From Ranitomeya imitator (Eukaryota), in assembly GCF_032444005.1 (NCBI RefSeq), contig NC_091284.1, forward strand, positions 386,384,001-386,448,000: 64,000 nt of DNA, written 5' to 3'. This document shows positions 11,735-25,733 of this stretch, piece by piece. How positions within the stretch are numbered: position 1 is the first letter of the stretch; every line of letters starts with the position of its first letter. The translations under genes and the position numbers were made by a program. Under the pieces are notes generated by a model. It saw only the letters and a list, made by a program, of their open reading frames with translations. It was not told the DNA's origin and ran no database searches.

Positions 11735-12704
11735 TGTTAGGACTGGCGGAACGCACCAAGAAAGATGATATGGATGCGTTCGCAGTCCGGGGTCCACCGT
11801 GCAGGTAAAACCTGCTGCTAGTAAATGGCAGACTATATGACGGTACTCAAAAGTATACACACGTGGGTTAACCTCACCCAGTGTGAAGAAAGCGATCCTG
11901 TTGCGTCACAGGACCGCGGTACCGCACATAGAGCGCGAGCAAGTGGTCAGCGAACTTAGCCCCAACTGGGATTGAAGTCCGATTAGACCCTTGCTGGCAC
12001 AACAACAAAAAACTAGGTGTGTAAAGAACCTTATAAATGTTCTATGAGCACAAGAGTGTGTGCGAAGCCGCACTGACGGACGCCACTATCCACCCAGGCT
12101 TGGGTATGGAAAGCGCAAGGCAAGCGCACGGCGCCGTACTGGCGGACACAGCCACAGGACGCTGAGAAGTGTGTAACGTGCAGATGGTTAGTCGGGCGCT
12201 AGAGAGCTACCATCATCCGCGAGCAGACAACAACACTAGGGAGGGATACTTAGGAGCTTTCATCCTTCGACATACATCCATCTACACACACACACAATAT
12301 AATTGTACACTAGCGCATGGCCGTGCGGTCATGCGCAGTTTATATAGTTGCAGCACAGGAAGTGGCTACAGAAACTTTGCCCTTCCAAGACCTGCCAAGA
12401 GGACCAATGGAATGTGCTGCAGAGTCTGAGCACATGACCCTCGATCTCCAACGAGAGATCTTGCCCTGGGCATGCTCAGTGTGTGCAGACAAGGACTTAG
12501 TCCCAGAGAAGTCCGCTCGCTGCTGACCAGTACTGGCTTTAATGGCAGAGACTGGAGAAGCAGCAGTAACTCTCAGAACAGAGTGAGCAAGACACTGGGA
12601 CCGACGTCCCTGCTGAGCAGACTCCACTGCGGCTGGACAAGAATGGGAGAGCGGAGACGGCTCGAGATTCCCCCTGTGCAGAAGCGGGAACTCGAGACCT
12701 AACA
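11735..12704 (-). mobile_element. 5' LTR (970 bp) of the gypsy element
   Basis: TGTTAGG...CCTAACA inverted termini, directly upstream of the PBS and gag, with an internal TATA box. Confidence 0.88.
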
Positions 12705-14959
12705 CATTATGATAGTGGTTAAATTTAATAAAATTGCATACAATTTGAGTCTGCAATCTTCATTCCCAGACCTCCTGATATATTTGTATCCTTCTCCAAG
12801 GTTTATATTTTTCTGTAATACATGCTGGATGTGAGGTCTATGTGTATCCAGGACACTGCTGTTTTCATTTGCTTCTGTGTAACATGCACTAATTTACTCT
12901 TCTTCCTCTTCTTTTGATTTCCTTCTTGCGTGTTGTTCTTTGTGCTCCATAAGGTTTTATATACTTTCTCCCCTGTACACTGCAGATTTGTGTTTCTTTC
13001 AAACACTTGGATCAGGGACCCACTGTGCCACAATCCGAATTTACCCAGGAGGGGTGTGGCGGAGCAGCTTCCTGGTTTTCGCTAGATCTCCTGATGGCGG
13101 AGTTAGTCTTGCACTGCCAGTCTTCCTGTCAGGAAGAGGGAGAGGAACATGCAAGTATGCCAGCATTGGCGTTACACAGACTCATTGACTTGCATGGCCA
13201 AGTGCTATCAAAATATCAGATGCAAATGATGCATGCATAAATTTCTTTTCTCTGACAGTCCCTTTTCAAGGAAAAAAACAAACATGGGTACGGCCCCTTA
13301 GTCTAACATTTGCCCGAAGGCAATCCAATGTTTTATGGCTTCGCACTCGAACAGCAAGTATACTCGTCTGTATCTGTCTTAACACTGATTGAAAGGATGG
13401 GCGAGGGGGCAGATAGGGATCACAGAACCAGGATCTGACCTTCTGAAGGATTTGTATCAGTTTTACAAGGAACTTGCGCAGCAGAAAAATGGTAGAAAAC
13501 GTTTCTTGAAGACTATTTTGAAAGTTGCAAATGAACAATAAAAAGAATTGTGCAGAGGTGTATAGTCTCAATTCGGCATGTCTGATGGCGAATATCAAGC
13601 TAAATAATTGTGTTAATTGTGCTATGTCTTGTTAAATATCTTCTAACTTAAATGTAAGTAAAATGTACGCATATTGCTGGATATATGTTTTATACAACTG
13701 TAACAAACATCTCCACTCTATGAAAAGATATGGAGTGTATATACCTAAAAAGATTTTTACATGCATCTACAATAATGATGTGCACGGCATATTCCTTTCA
13801 TATTCATATGACGACGTGGATAGAGCTGCAGAATGTGTTTCTATAAAGCACAGTTTGTCTCCTACAAAACGCAAAAGAAGCAATCTAATGCAGTAAATCA
13901 AATGCTTTGCAAGCAAGACCATGTCTTTTATATGGAATTTCAAGGCTGTGATTTATCGGTACTCAGTGAAGAGAATCAGGATTACATATTCTAGAGATAC
14001 AATGTAGCCGATAGTTACTTAGCTTTTTGTGTTTATTTTTACTCTGGTTCTGCTAGTAAATTAGCTTGACACAACAAACCACTTTCCAAAAGATCTTCTG
14101 AAGTCTGTATTTTGCTTGAACTTAAAAGAGTATATCTGGAATGGATGCAATTATCGTCCCTTTACAAACACAGCATTAGGAACCATTAGACAAATTACCC
14201 TAAATGCTATTTTTGCCTGAATTTATCAGACACAACGTCCTATAGGTTTAACCTCGGCTGGTCTTCTGCAGGTTGGAGGTCTTTCTCCCCGTTAAATACT
14301 ATTTCTGAGGAAATAAAGTGTCATCCCCTGGGGAACTTATTTGCAATTTTTCTAAAGTTGGCGCTCTAGTGGAAAATGTTTTTTTTATTTTCATATACAG
14401 TAGCACATATACAAAGCTATACCATATATTGTTTATCACAACTCTGAAAAAGTTTGAAGCACATCACATTTTGGCAGTTGCAGATCGTTTTTATTCCAAT
14501 AGACTAAATAATTCTACAAATATTTTTTTAAAGATCGTTGCACCCCTACTCGATATTGGATGGAGATAGAGTATATCCAATGTCAGTTATCTGTGTACGG
14601 AGCAGGCTCAAGAGCGAATACATTTGGGTGAAATTGAATTCTACTTGAAATGTGCCTTTAAAAATCCACATTCGACCCAATGAGGATTTTTGTGCACGTT
14701 GGCTCTGTGCCGATTAAGAAAAAATGTGGCCGCTGACTGACATTTTTCTTAACCGTAAAAGGCCATCAAAATTTAAAGAAAATCCCTATACTTACCATGC
14801 TGCTCACCTCTCTGGCCCGTTCACTCTTCACTGCCAAACACATGGTCTTCGTCACAATTTTGGATCACCGTTTGCAACACTGAAATCCCCAGGTAGGGGC
14901 TTCTATGTTGGATACACCTGGTAGGGTTCTGCGCATGCGCCTGCAAATTTTTGGTATTG

Positions 14960-15585
14960 TTGCTTTATTAAAAGTCTAATGTAACAAAATAAACTAATCC
15001 AATTTGTAAATGCAATAAAGAGAAAAAAAAATTGCTATCCCAGAATTGCATTTTTTTCAGTCACCCAACATCAATAATTGCTCTAAGATGTGATAAAAAT
15101 GTCTGTCCCATCATCTCAACATGCAAAAAACAAGCCCTCGCACAGCTCTATCAAGAGACAAAATTAAAATGTTCTGTGTGCTGGAAAATGGCGACGAAAA
15201 TTATTTTTTATAAACACTTCATAATTTTTTTCACCACTTAGAAAAAAGAAAAATGTCATAGCTTGGTATCACCACAATGGTATTAACCTGGAAAATCTTA
15301 TTGTCACGTTTATTTTATAGCACAATGAATGCCGTAAGAACAAGCCGAAACATTGCGGAATTCTGGGGGTTTCTTTCAGCTTTACCAACCTTTGAATTAT
15401 TTACTCCTTGTCCATTACATTAAATGTTAATATGAATTGTGTCATTCAAAACTATCACTCATCCAACAAAAAACAAGTCCTCACACTCATATGTGGACTG
15501 TAAATATGAAGTTCTGTTTCTCTGAATTGGGGAGGGAAAAAATTAAAGCGCAAAAAATGGAAAATTGGCTAGTCTGGAAGGGGTT
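14960..15585 (-). mobile_element. Degenerate piggyBac-type MITE remnant
   Basis: Reverse-complement similarity to the start of the 17430 and 59402 elements (AAAAAACAAGCCCTC..., ends GAAGGGGTTGA). Left boundary approximate. Confidence 0.45.
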
Positions 15586-16630
15586 GATGATAAGCATGAT
15601 AAAAGAGTCAAACAACTTGCAACTTAGCACCATTCATGGCATGATACATTTTACACTACTTCTTTACAGTTTTAAACACAGTGCTCCTTATGGAACCAAT
15701 CCCTACAAAATAATTATATGGCAACCCAAAAACGGGACATCGTGGATGGGTGTGAACAAATGAGGGAGAGGCAAAACCTTTCTGGAATATTCTGCACTGC
15801 TAGTATGAAATCGCAAGCCTGTAGTACCACCTTCATACCAAAGTCATCTCACACTTATTTCCATATGATAGAAAAAGCTTGCAGTCGTGCAGATGCTCAG
15901 TACAGCACATTCAGAGGTAGATGTGCAGCTCTATAGAGCTAATGCAAAGCAATTTGTAGGACCTGATCCAGTGGCCAGGTCAGTTATTTGCGGCCATTGG
16001 GCGAAAGTCCTGAAAACCATCCCTTACTTCCTGACCCTTCTTTTGATTAGCCGGTTTGGAACGCTTTCGCATGACTGTCACGCCACAACAATGACATTGG
16101 GCCTGGCCTGAGCTGAGGATTTCAGGAGTTAGGAAGCGACCCCATGCAACGACCACAGATTATTGACCCTGCCACTCAACCTGCTATTCAATTTGCACTA
16201 TTTGCCCTAAAACAAACTACATCTTATATAGCATAGGCCTTCAGAAATCAGGGGCTGATATTGCCTGCTGATATCTCTACTCCCTTTATAGCTACTCCCT
16301 TGAACTAGACTGAAGTGCCCAATGTCATCGTGAGACATTTTTTACTAATTGATTTAATCCAAATTGAATCCATTAAAGACCTAATTTTGACAAATTAATA
16401 TGTAAGGTGTTACTATGTTACTATGTTACTATGTTACTATGAGTAAACGTGTGCTTTTCTCAATATGAACAGCTCATGTGGCGCCTACCAGACTCTTATC
16501 TCTGCTCCGCTATAGAAAAAGCATGGCTTTCTGGCCACAGCAAGTTTGAGAAGGTTGCCAAAAGCTGAACATTTCTTTTTTGACTATGGGCAGCTTTAGA
16601 AACAGCATGGGCTGTCTTTGTGGATTAGAG

Positions 16631-16829
16631 CAGTGTTTCTCATCTCCAGTCCTAACGGCCCCCCAACAGGTCATTTTCTCAGTATCTGCTTAGTGTTATA
16701 CAAGAGATAGAATTAGACCTGCGGAAACTTTTGATGCCTTGATAATAATTCCATCACTTGTGCAATGCTATGGAAATACTGAAAGCATGACCTGTTTAGG
16801 GCTTTGAGGACTGTAGCTGTGAAACATTG
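16631..16829. mobile_element. Short hAT-type MITE, diverged relative of 62632-62793
   Basis: CAGTGTTTCTC.../...GAAACATTG termini; internal CCAGTCCT..CCCAACAGGTCA and its inverse. Flanks gattagag/tattagat match only partly. Confidence 0.55.
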
Positions 16830-17122
16830 TATTAGATTATTGCGTTTTACTTTTTTACAATATACATTTTCAAGTTATCAGTAAGAAGGAGAGAATCAAT
16901 TTCAAACTATTTAAATTCATTTACAATTTTTCAAAATTAACTGAGTCTAGCCAATTTAAATTTTTGGTAATTCAATTTACTCAAATGTAGCAAAATGGCA
17001 GGTAGCAGGCCACCATTCTGCTCTATTGAAAGAGACCAAGAAGGGGTTAGTAAACCCTAACTAAACTCATGCAGTGTAACTTGATACCATCTCCATTGCT
17101 AAGGGCTATTATTCCAGGAGTG

Positions 17123-17397
17123 ATTATTAATTATTATTATTATTATTATTTATTATTATAGCGCCATTTATTCCATGCCGCTTTACATGTGAGGAGGGGT
17201 ATACATAATAAACAAGTACAATAATCTTGAACAATACAAGTCACAACTGGTACAGGAGGAGAGAGGACCCTGCCCGCGAGGGCTCACAATCTACAAGGGA
17301 TGGGTGAGGATACGGTAGGTAGGGTAGAGCTGGCCGTGCAGCGGTTTGGTCGATCGGTGGTTACTGCAGGTTGTAGGCTTGTCGGAAGAGGTGGGTC
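17123..17397 (-). mobile_element. 5'-truncated LINE (L2/CR1-like) 3' end with (AAT)n tail
   Basis: Minus strand ends ...TGTAAAGCGGCATGGAATAAATGGCGCTATAATAATAA(TAA)n. A similar tail fragment is at ~60782-60840. Family assignment is from recalled L2 tail consensus. Confidence 0.6.
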
Positions 17398-17429
17398 AGT
17401 TAATCAGTTTCTTCCCTGTTTTTGTTTAA

Positions 17430-18607
17430 CCCCTTAACACCTAGAGGTATTTTTGGTTTTGCATTTTCATTTTTTGCTCTCCTTCTTCCCAGAGCCATAA
17501 CTTTTTCATTGTTTGGTCAAAATGGCCGTGTGAGGGCTTGTTTTTGTGGGACGAGATGTACTTTTGACTGACTCCATTGGTTTTACCATGTCTTGTAGTT
17601 GAATATGGGAGAAAAATTCCAAGTGCGGTGAAATTGAAAAAAAAGTGCAATCCAACACTTGTTTTTTTCCACCATGTTCACTAAATGCTAAAAGTAACCT
17701 GACATTATAATTCTCCAGGTCATTCCAAGTTCATAGACACCAAACATGTCTAGATTTTTTTTTACTTAAGAGGTGAAAAAAAATTCCAAAATTGGAAAAA
17801 AAAAATTGCACCATTTTTCGATACCCGTAGCGTCTCTAATTTTGTGTGCTCTCATGTTGGGTGAGGGCTTCTTTTTTGTGTGCTGAGCTGATGTTTTTAA
17901 TGATACCATTTTGGTGCACATACGATCTTTTGATCAGCCGTTATTACATTTTAAAGCAATGTTGCAATGACCAAAAAAACATAATTCTGGCATTTTGAAT
18001 TTTTTTTATCATTACGCCATTTAGTGATCGGGTTAATTCTTTTTTAATATTGATAGATTGGGCGATTCTGAACACAGCGACACCAAATATGTTTATGTTT
18101 GAATATGGCAAAAGGGGGGTGATTTGAACTTTTAAATTTTTTTAAGTTATGTAATATTTTTAAAACTTTTTTACTTTTTGCATGCTTTGATAGTCTCCAT
18201 GGGAGACTAGATGCTGCACTTGTCCAATCAGCTCTGCTAAATACAGGTGATGATCAGATCACCTGTATGTAGCCGAATTGCTCACTTGCTATGAGCACCA
18301 ACCATCGGGCGGTGCTCATAGCAATCTGGCAGCGACAACCATAGAGGTCTGCTGGAGACCTCTGGTTGTCATGCCAATCCATCAGTGACCCATGATCACA
18401 TGATTGATGGGTGGATTTCAGGCACGATTGGCATTTAACGAGTTGATAGCTGCGGGTGGATTGCAATTTCAACCGCGGCTGTTCTGGGCACATGTCAGCT
18501 GTTCATAACAGCTGATATGTGTCGGGAAAGATGTGGGCTCACCGACAGAGCCCACATCAAAGGGAGGGAGTCCAACATCGGGGTAAATTTACACCCGATG
18601 TCGGAAT
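17430..18607 (+). mobile_element. Non-autonomous piggyBac-type element (MITE)
   Basis: Starts TTAA|CCCCTT (17426-17435) and is homologous to the 59402 element. Right end is degenerate and approximate. Confidence 0.6.
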
Positions 18608-19061
18608 GTGCAGTCTCACATGGGGTAGGTATTGTTCAATTCCTCCCTTTATAAGAATGATAGTGATTAATTTCACTGGCTAATAGCCTCTATGGAGGTA
18701 AGCATTAATTCAATACTTTCCCATGTAGAGCCTATTTGCAACTATTAGGACATTGATTATTGTTGGTATTTTAGCCTTGGTGGCTGCGTACCACTCTTAT
18801 GGCATTTAACCAGTAAGGTGGACTATCTGATTTAGAAGCATACAGCTGAGGTGTGTAATATGATTTTATGTGGACTACTTGGTCCATTATTACAAAGACT
18901 TGTGAACAGCCCCATAGTCTATAATGGGTATATGTACTTTCCATAAAAAGCACAGTTAGAATCCAGATGTCTTAATGAGGGCTTAGTCAATCACTGAAAT
19001 ACCTGTACAAAAAGATAAGAAAATATCACTACACTCCTTACAAGATATTGTATATCCAATG

Positions 19062-19331
19062 TAGGGATGAGTGGACCCGTGGATGTTCGAGTTCATCGGG
19101 TTCAACAAACTTTTATCCAAAGCTCTCATCGAGTACCAGAGCTGTTGCCGAACTTGAACCCAAACCCCATAAAAGTCAATGGGGACCCAAATGTTGGTGC
19201 TGTAAAATGGTTTAAATAAGGGCTAGGTCTCTCTCCTGCTCCCTCTCCGAACATTAAAATGGACTTCCGGGAAAAGTCCATGTTCGGAGTTCACACTGGA
19301 CACTCTCTGAGTTTGGGTTCGCTCATCTCTA
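19062..19331. mobile_element. hAT-type MITE
   Basis: TAGGGATGAG.../...CTCATCTCTA termini with internal GTTCGGGTTC-like motifs. Flanks share only ATCC. Confidence 0.6.
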
Positions 19332-19355
19332 ATCCTGTTTTAGAATCTGTAAGTG

Positions 19356-20329
19356 TGTAAGGGTATGACAGGGATAGTCATGTTCCTTCCCCTGAAGACA
19401 ACAATTGAGTGATGTGAATACTTTCATGCAATTTACTGTGTCATGTGAAATTCAAAATGTATAGAGTGTGATAAACATTGAAGGTATTAGAGAAAGTGCA
19501 GGGTAAATACAGCTTAAAATATAGGTTAGGGTTTAGGACTCAGAGTAGAGCAGATTAGACAATGATAGGAAGTTCAGTGCATACTGTTAAAAGATAGTGA
19601 CAGTAGTTGCATACGGGAAAGGTTATGTTTCCCCAGCAACAAACTGCTGTGGCAAATAGAGCAAAGACACAATTAATACTTAGCACTAGCCCACAGTATG
19701 GGGGGAGCTAGTGGGACAAAAAGGGGAATTACTTCCTGGTTTTTAGTTAGAGAGAGATTAGATTGAGAGACAAGCGAGCAGCAGTTTGAGGTCAGAAGAC
19801 TGAAGGGTACATAGAGTATGGGCTGTATAGCAGCATGAGTACATCAACCACAAACTTCAGCAGACATACCAGGAACATCCAGGGCCTATGGCCCAACAGA
19901 GGCACTGAGAAGCATGCCTCATTATCTTCCTATGAGATGAAGCCTGATGGAAAATCCCAGTGGCCAGAGATGCCAGTAAAGAAAGGGATAATTCAGGGCG
20001 AGCGAACAGTGGATATAAATATGTGCTGTACTATGGACTTTGAGAACGGAAAAGTTTTTGCCCAATACTGCGTACTTCAATATGATAAAAATGCACAGTT
20101 AAGTAAACTTATCTTTTACAAAACAAATGGGGTGTCTCCTGATGTGTGTGCTGTGGCTCCTGAAGTTGAAGACAGCATAGACCCGCAACCAAAACATGAG
20201 CATGTGCATCACACGCATGTGCATCACACGGATAACAAAGAAGAATTGGTACGCTTTTTATTTGTGGGGTGCCAGGGTGTGGGAACCCAGCAGCCCCTCA
20301 CCCATGACTACTGCCCTGTGCACCTTACA
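19356..20329. mobile_element. Solo LTR (974 bp)
   Basis: TGTAAGG...CCTTACA perfect 7-bp inverted termini with a 4-bp TSD AGTG (19352-19355 / 20330-20333). Confidence 0.85.
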
Positions 20330-20791
20330 AGTGCATCGTCATTACTTGTTAAGCACATATATTGTACATTGTATAGGCTTTTCCTTCTGAGATTCAGTTC
20401 AGTGCCTATAGAATAAGTCATGCATTCTACATTACTTGCATTTCTTTGCTTCATAATTGCTAGAATGATATTTTATTTCATGAGAATATACCAGAGGGAT
20501 GGATGGACCAGAGGATAATTATATTACTGATGGTTTTTCAGCAGTGTCAACCTTGAGTTATTTTTGTATTTCTGGATGGCATTTACTGTAAGTAACTAAC
20601 TAAATAAGCAGAATAGGGACATATACTCATTTAACAATATTCTAATGACACACATACATCACTTAATAAACTTAGCATTACTTTTACACTATAATCTGCA
20701 AAAGAGATGGCTTTTTATTAGCATAAGTACTGTACATTTTTGCAAAAGCAAGATCGCTAGTAATGGAAGGAATAAAATGAAAAAGAATGAA

Positions 20792-20796
<5 letters not shown>

Positions 20797-20836
<40 letters not shown>
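20797..20836. repeat. (TA)20 microsatellite
   Basis: Direct reading. Confidence 0.95.
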
Positions 20837-20839
<3 letters not shown>

Positions 20840-23256
20840 GCAAACCATCCCTATACTTCACTATCAGAAATGACTAAATAATTGAAATATTTTCCATTTT
20901 TCACTGTATTATTCATTCCTAAATGGAAGGAATATAATTGCTGATAGTTTATTATTTTTCTGTGTAACCCATGGTGGACAGTATTCAAGATAATCTGCCT
21001 TACAGCATTCTGGTAATTAGAGGTTTGTCTATGTGCAACTCCCTCTGTGCTCATTAGCATGTGTTCTTGAATGTCAAAGGAAAGGCTTTATTTTTGGACC
21101 GACTTGTCGTGCTTTCACTATTCATTGATCTACTGCTTTGGCTCAGAAGTAATGTCACTAATGAACGAGGATGTGCGCCATTTATTTTATAGTATCTCAG
21201 TTGTTTAAACAGTAATATGTGGTCTTACCTGTATCTGTATATTATAGTCATCTTAGTGTTTTCATCTAATGTTATATATATTATCTTCACCTCCATCACT
21301 CAATCATGTCATGTGAAACAAAAGCTTGCATTTTAACTTTTTGTAACAAGAAAACTGAATATCTGCTGTTCTCTCCCGATGTTCAAGGTGCTGAGCAGCT
21401 GAACGTGGACAGGACAGGAGAGTGATTGACATGTACATTTAATGTCTACTAAAACCCTTTTGAAAGACACATACTCATACATATGTATAAATACATAGAC
21501 ATAATATTTTTTTCCTTTCCTGTTTTTTCCTTCCAACATTTTGAAATAATTGTTAAATGGGTGCAACACGCTCTAAAAACATAAGAAAATAAAAACTAGC
21601 AAGAGTTCTAGAAGGGGTCGATTGTTCAATGTTTCTAACGTCTGAAAAACTGAATTATAACATATCTTTTGTTTTTTTCTAAATGGGTTTTAGATACCCT
21701 TGTTTTTAACGTGGTTTTGGCTGTTTTTCTGTTACAAAATCAAAGTTTTTTTTTAAATATAGCTAATTAGCACAGAACTGACATAGATTTTAAATTCTCA
21801 TTCAGAAAAACCCTTTTCCCTCAGGGAATTTGTCTTAAAGAATATGTGCCAAATTTTTAAGTCATCTCATATCAATCTCAATGAGACTACAAGAGACAGG
21901 AAAGCATGGCAGTCCCAAATGGAGTAAAGTCTGTCCTTGGAATAATTGGGGGTTCAGGTGTCGGACACCCAGCAAACCGCAGTGCTAGTATGGCGGCACG
22001 ATTGCGCGGATTCATGGTATGTGACAGCTGACACCCCGCAGCAATGTCCACGATCGGCAGTAGCGCTGATCGTAGGTATTCAACCCCTAATGCCGCTGTC
22101 AGTAGTGACAGCAACATAGAGGGGCATCGCGCAGGGACGGGGGCTCCCTGCGCTCTCCCACCGGAACAACGAGATGCGATTGCGTTGTTCCAGTGTTCTG
22201 CAAGGAGTCCCCGGATCCAAAATGGCCATGGGCTTCCTTCCGGGTCCTGAAGTGAGGTGGCTTCCCGTCACCTGCTGAGAACAGGCGCCGGAAATCCTCC
22301 TGCACTGCCTGTCAGATCGCTGATCTGACACAGTGCTATGCAAAGTGTCAGATCAGCGATCTAATGTAATATAATGATGTCCCACCCTGGGACAATGTTA
22401 GAAAGTAAAAAAAAAATAGAATGTATTAAAAAAAAATCTCAATATAAAGAAAAAAATAAATAAATATTTTCCAATAAATCCATTTATTCATGTAAATTTA
22501 AAAAAAACAATGAAAGTACACATATTTGGTATCGCCGTGTCCGTAACGACCTGCTCTATAAAACTATCCCACTAGATAACCCCTACATTGAACACTGCAA
22601 AAAAATAAATAAAAACAAGGTAAAAAACAATGCTTTATCATCATACTGCCGAACAAAAAGTGCAATAAAATGTGGATATAAATAAACATTGTACCGCTGA
22701 AAACGTCATCTTGTCCTGCAAAAAAAAGCTGCCATACAGCATCATCAGCAGAAAAAAAAAAGATATAGCTCTCAGAATAAAGCAATGCAAAAACAATTAT
22801 GTTTTATATAAAATAGTTTTTATTGTGAAAAAGCGCCAAAACATAAAAAAAAATCGTACTAACACGAAGAATAAAGCTGCTTTATCAATTTTTCCACACG
22901 AGGAACGGTATAAATGCCCCCTCTAAAAGAAATTCTGGAATTGTTGGTTTTTGTTCACTCTGCCTCCCAAAAATCAGATTAAAAAGCGATCAAAAAATGT
23001 CATGTGCCCGAAAATGGTACCAATAAAAACATCAACTCGTCCCGCAAAATACAAGACCTCACATGACTCTTTGGGCCAAAATGTGGATAAATTATTGCTC
23101 TCAAAATGTGATGCAAAAACTATTTTTGCAATAAAAAGCGTCTCTTAGCGTGTGACAGCTGCCAAACAAAACCCTGCTATAAATAGTAAATCAAACCCCC
23201 CTTAGTTAGGGAAAAATAATACAATTTAAAAAAAATTATATATTTCCATTTTCCCA

Positions 23257-23636
23257 TTAGGGTTAGGGTTGGGGCTAAAGTTAGGGTTAGGGTTGGGGCT
23301 AAAGTTAGGGATAGGGATGGGGCTAAAGTTAGGGTTTCAAGTTGAGGCTAAAGTTAGGGTTGGGACTAAAGTTAGGATTTGGATTATGTTTACGATTGGG
23401 GTTAGGGTTGGGATTAGGGGTGTGGCAGGGTTAGGAGTGTGGTTAGGGTTATAGTTAGGCTTGAGATTAAAGCTGGTATTAGGGTTAGGGGTGTGTTGGG
23501 GTTAGGGGTGTGGTCAGGGTTATGATTAGGGTTGGGATTAGGGATAGGGGTGTGTTCAGGTTAGGGGTGTGGTTAGAATTATGGTTGGGATTAGGCTTAG
23601 GGGTGCATTGGGGTTAGGGTTGGAGTTAGAATTGGG
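23257..23636 (+). repeat. Degenerate TTAGGG-rich (telomere-like) G-rich tract
   Basis: More than 15 exact TTAGGG hexamers interspersed with TTGGG, TTAGGA and TTATGG variants. Confidence 0.85.
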
Positions 23637-23639
23637 GGG

Positions 23640-25050
23640 GTTTCCACAGTTTAGGCATATCAGGGGCTCTCCAAACATGACACTGCATCCGATCTCAATT
23701 CCAGCAAATTCTGCATTGAAAAAGTAAAACGGTGCTCCTTACCTTCCGAGCTCTGCCGTATGTCAAACAATGGTTCCCCCCAAATATGGGGAATCAGCAT
23801 ACTCAGGACAAATTGGACAACAACTTTTGCAGTCCAATTTCTCCTGTTACCCTTGTGAAAATAAAAATTTGGGGTTTAAAATATCATTTTCGTGGAAAAA
23901 ATATATTTTTTATTTTCACGGCTCTGCGTTATCAACTTTAGAGAAACATTTGAGGGTTCAAATCTCTCACAGCACATCTAGATATGTTCCTTGGGGGTCT
24001 AGTTTCCAATATGGGGTCACTTTTGGGGGTTCCTACTGTTTAGGTACATCAGGGGCTCTGCAAACGCAACGTGATGCCTGCAGACCATTCCATCAAAATC
24101 TGCATTCCAAAACCGCGCTCCTTCCCTTCCAAGCTTGGACATGGGCCCAAATGGTGGTTCTCCCCCACATCTGGGGTATCGCCATGCTCAGGACAAATTG
24201 GACAACAACATTTGGGGTCCAATTTCTCAGTTACCCTTGGGAAAATAAAAAATTGCAGGCTAAAAGATCATTTTGTGGAAAAAAATATGATTTTTTAATT
24301 TTCATGGCTCTACATTCTAAAGTTTAGGGGAACAATTGGGGGTTCAATGTGCTCACCACACATCTACATAAGTTCCTTAGGGGGTCTATTTTCCAAAATG
24401 CGGTCATTTGTGGCGGTTTCCACTGTTTAGGCCCATCAGGGGCTCTCCAAACGCGACATGGTGTCCGATCTCAATTCCAGTCAATTTTGCATTGAAAATT
24501 CAAAGGGCGCTCCTTCCCTTCTGAGCTCTGCCATGTGCCCAAACAGTGGTTTACCCCTACATATGAGGTATCAGCATACTCAGGACAAATTCCACAACAA
24601 CTTTTGGGGTCCAATGTCTCCTGTTACCCTTGGAAAAATAAAAAATTAGGGGCAAGAACATCCTTTTTGGGAAAAAAAATATGATTTTTTTTACTGCTCT
24701 ACATTATAAACTTCTGTGAAGCACTTGGGGGTTCAAAGTGCTCAACAAACATCTAGATTAGTTCCTTAGGGGGTCTAGTTTCCAAAATGGTGTCACTTGT
24801 GGGGGGGTTTCCATCATTTAGGCATATCAGAGGCTCTCCAAACGCGTCATGGTGTCCAATCTCAATTCCAGGAAATTTTGTATTGAAAAGTCAAACGGCG
24901 CTCCTTCCCTTCTGAGCTCTGCCATGTGCCCAAACAGTGGTTTACCCCCACATATGGGGTATCGGCGTACTTAGGACAAATTGAACAATGACTTTTGTGG
25001 TCCAATTTCTCCTGTTACCCTTGGTAAAATAAAACAAATTGGATCTGAAT
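23640..25050. repeat. ~3.5 diverged copies of the ~390-bp piggyBac internal repeat
   Basis: Same anchors as 5491-8880 (GGGGTCTAGTTTCCAA, CTCAGGACAAATTGGACAACAAC). Confidence 0.9.
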
Positions 25051-25733
25051 TAAAAATTTTGTGGGAAAAAAGTTAAATGTTCAATTTTTTTTAAACATTC
25101 CAAAAATTCCTGTGAAGCACCTGAAGGGTATATAAACTTCTTGAATGTGATTTTAAGTACCATGAGGGATGCAGTTTTTAGAATGGTGTCACTTTTGGGC
25201 CTTTTCTGTCATATTGGCCCCTCAAAGTCACTTCAAGTGTGAAGAGGTCCTTAAAAAAATGGTTTTGCAAATTTTGTTGGAAAAATAAGAAATAGCTGGT
25301 CAAATTTTAACCCTTATAACTTCCTAACAAAAAAAAAATTATGTTTCCAAAATCATGCTAATGTAAAGCAGACATGTGGCTTATGTAATGTAATTTATTA
25401 ACTATTTTGTATGATATGACTCTCTAATTAAAGAGCATAAAAACTAAACCTTTAAAAATTGCAAAATTTTCAAACTTTTGCCAAATTTCCATTTTTTCAC
25501 AAATAAACGCAAGTCATATCAAAGTCCTCATAAAGAGACAGTGGTCAGAATTGAAAAAAAATGGCCTGATTAGGAAGTTGAAAACAGGCTTCGGGGTGAA
25601 AGGATTAAAGCACCATTTGTTGTTTTTATTTCATGCTGTATTGGTTCCACTAATCTAAGTTCCCTGACCCTAGCATGATACTCACCAGCTCCTGTCTTCA
25701 GCTCTTCCTGTCACTGCTGCAGTCCAACTCCGC

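Larger units (their letters stand above)
22000..25604 (+). mobile_element. Non-autonomous piggyBac relative with telomere-like and ~390-bp tandem repeats; left end not found
   Basis: 25020-25604 is homologous to the 3' end of the autonomous piggyBac (8880-9545) and ends GAAAGGA|TTAA. No transposase. Left boundary approximate. Confidence 0.75.

Noticed and set aside
12800-13620. Protein-like stretches (e.g. SDLLKDLYQFYKELAQQKNGRKRFLK)
   Set aside because: Bounded by nearby stops, with no consistent splice sites and no recognisable family. A translated search would be needed.
19835-20416. 193-aa ORF
   Set aside because: It lies mostly inside a solo LTR and runs across its right boundary into flanking DNA; no recognisable motifs.
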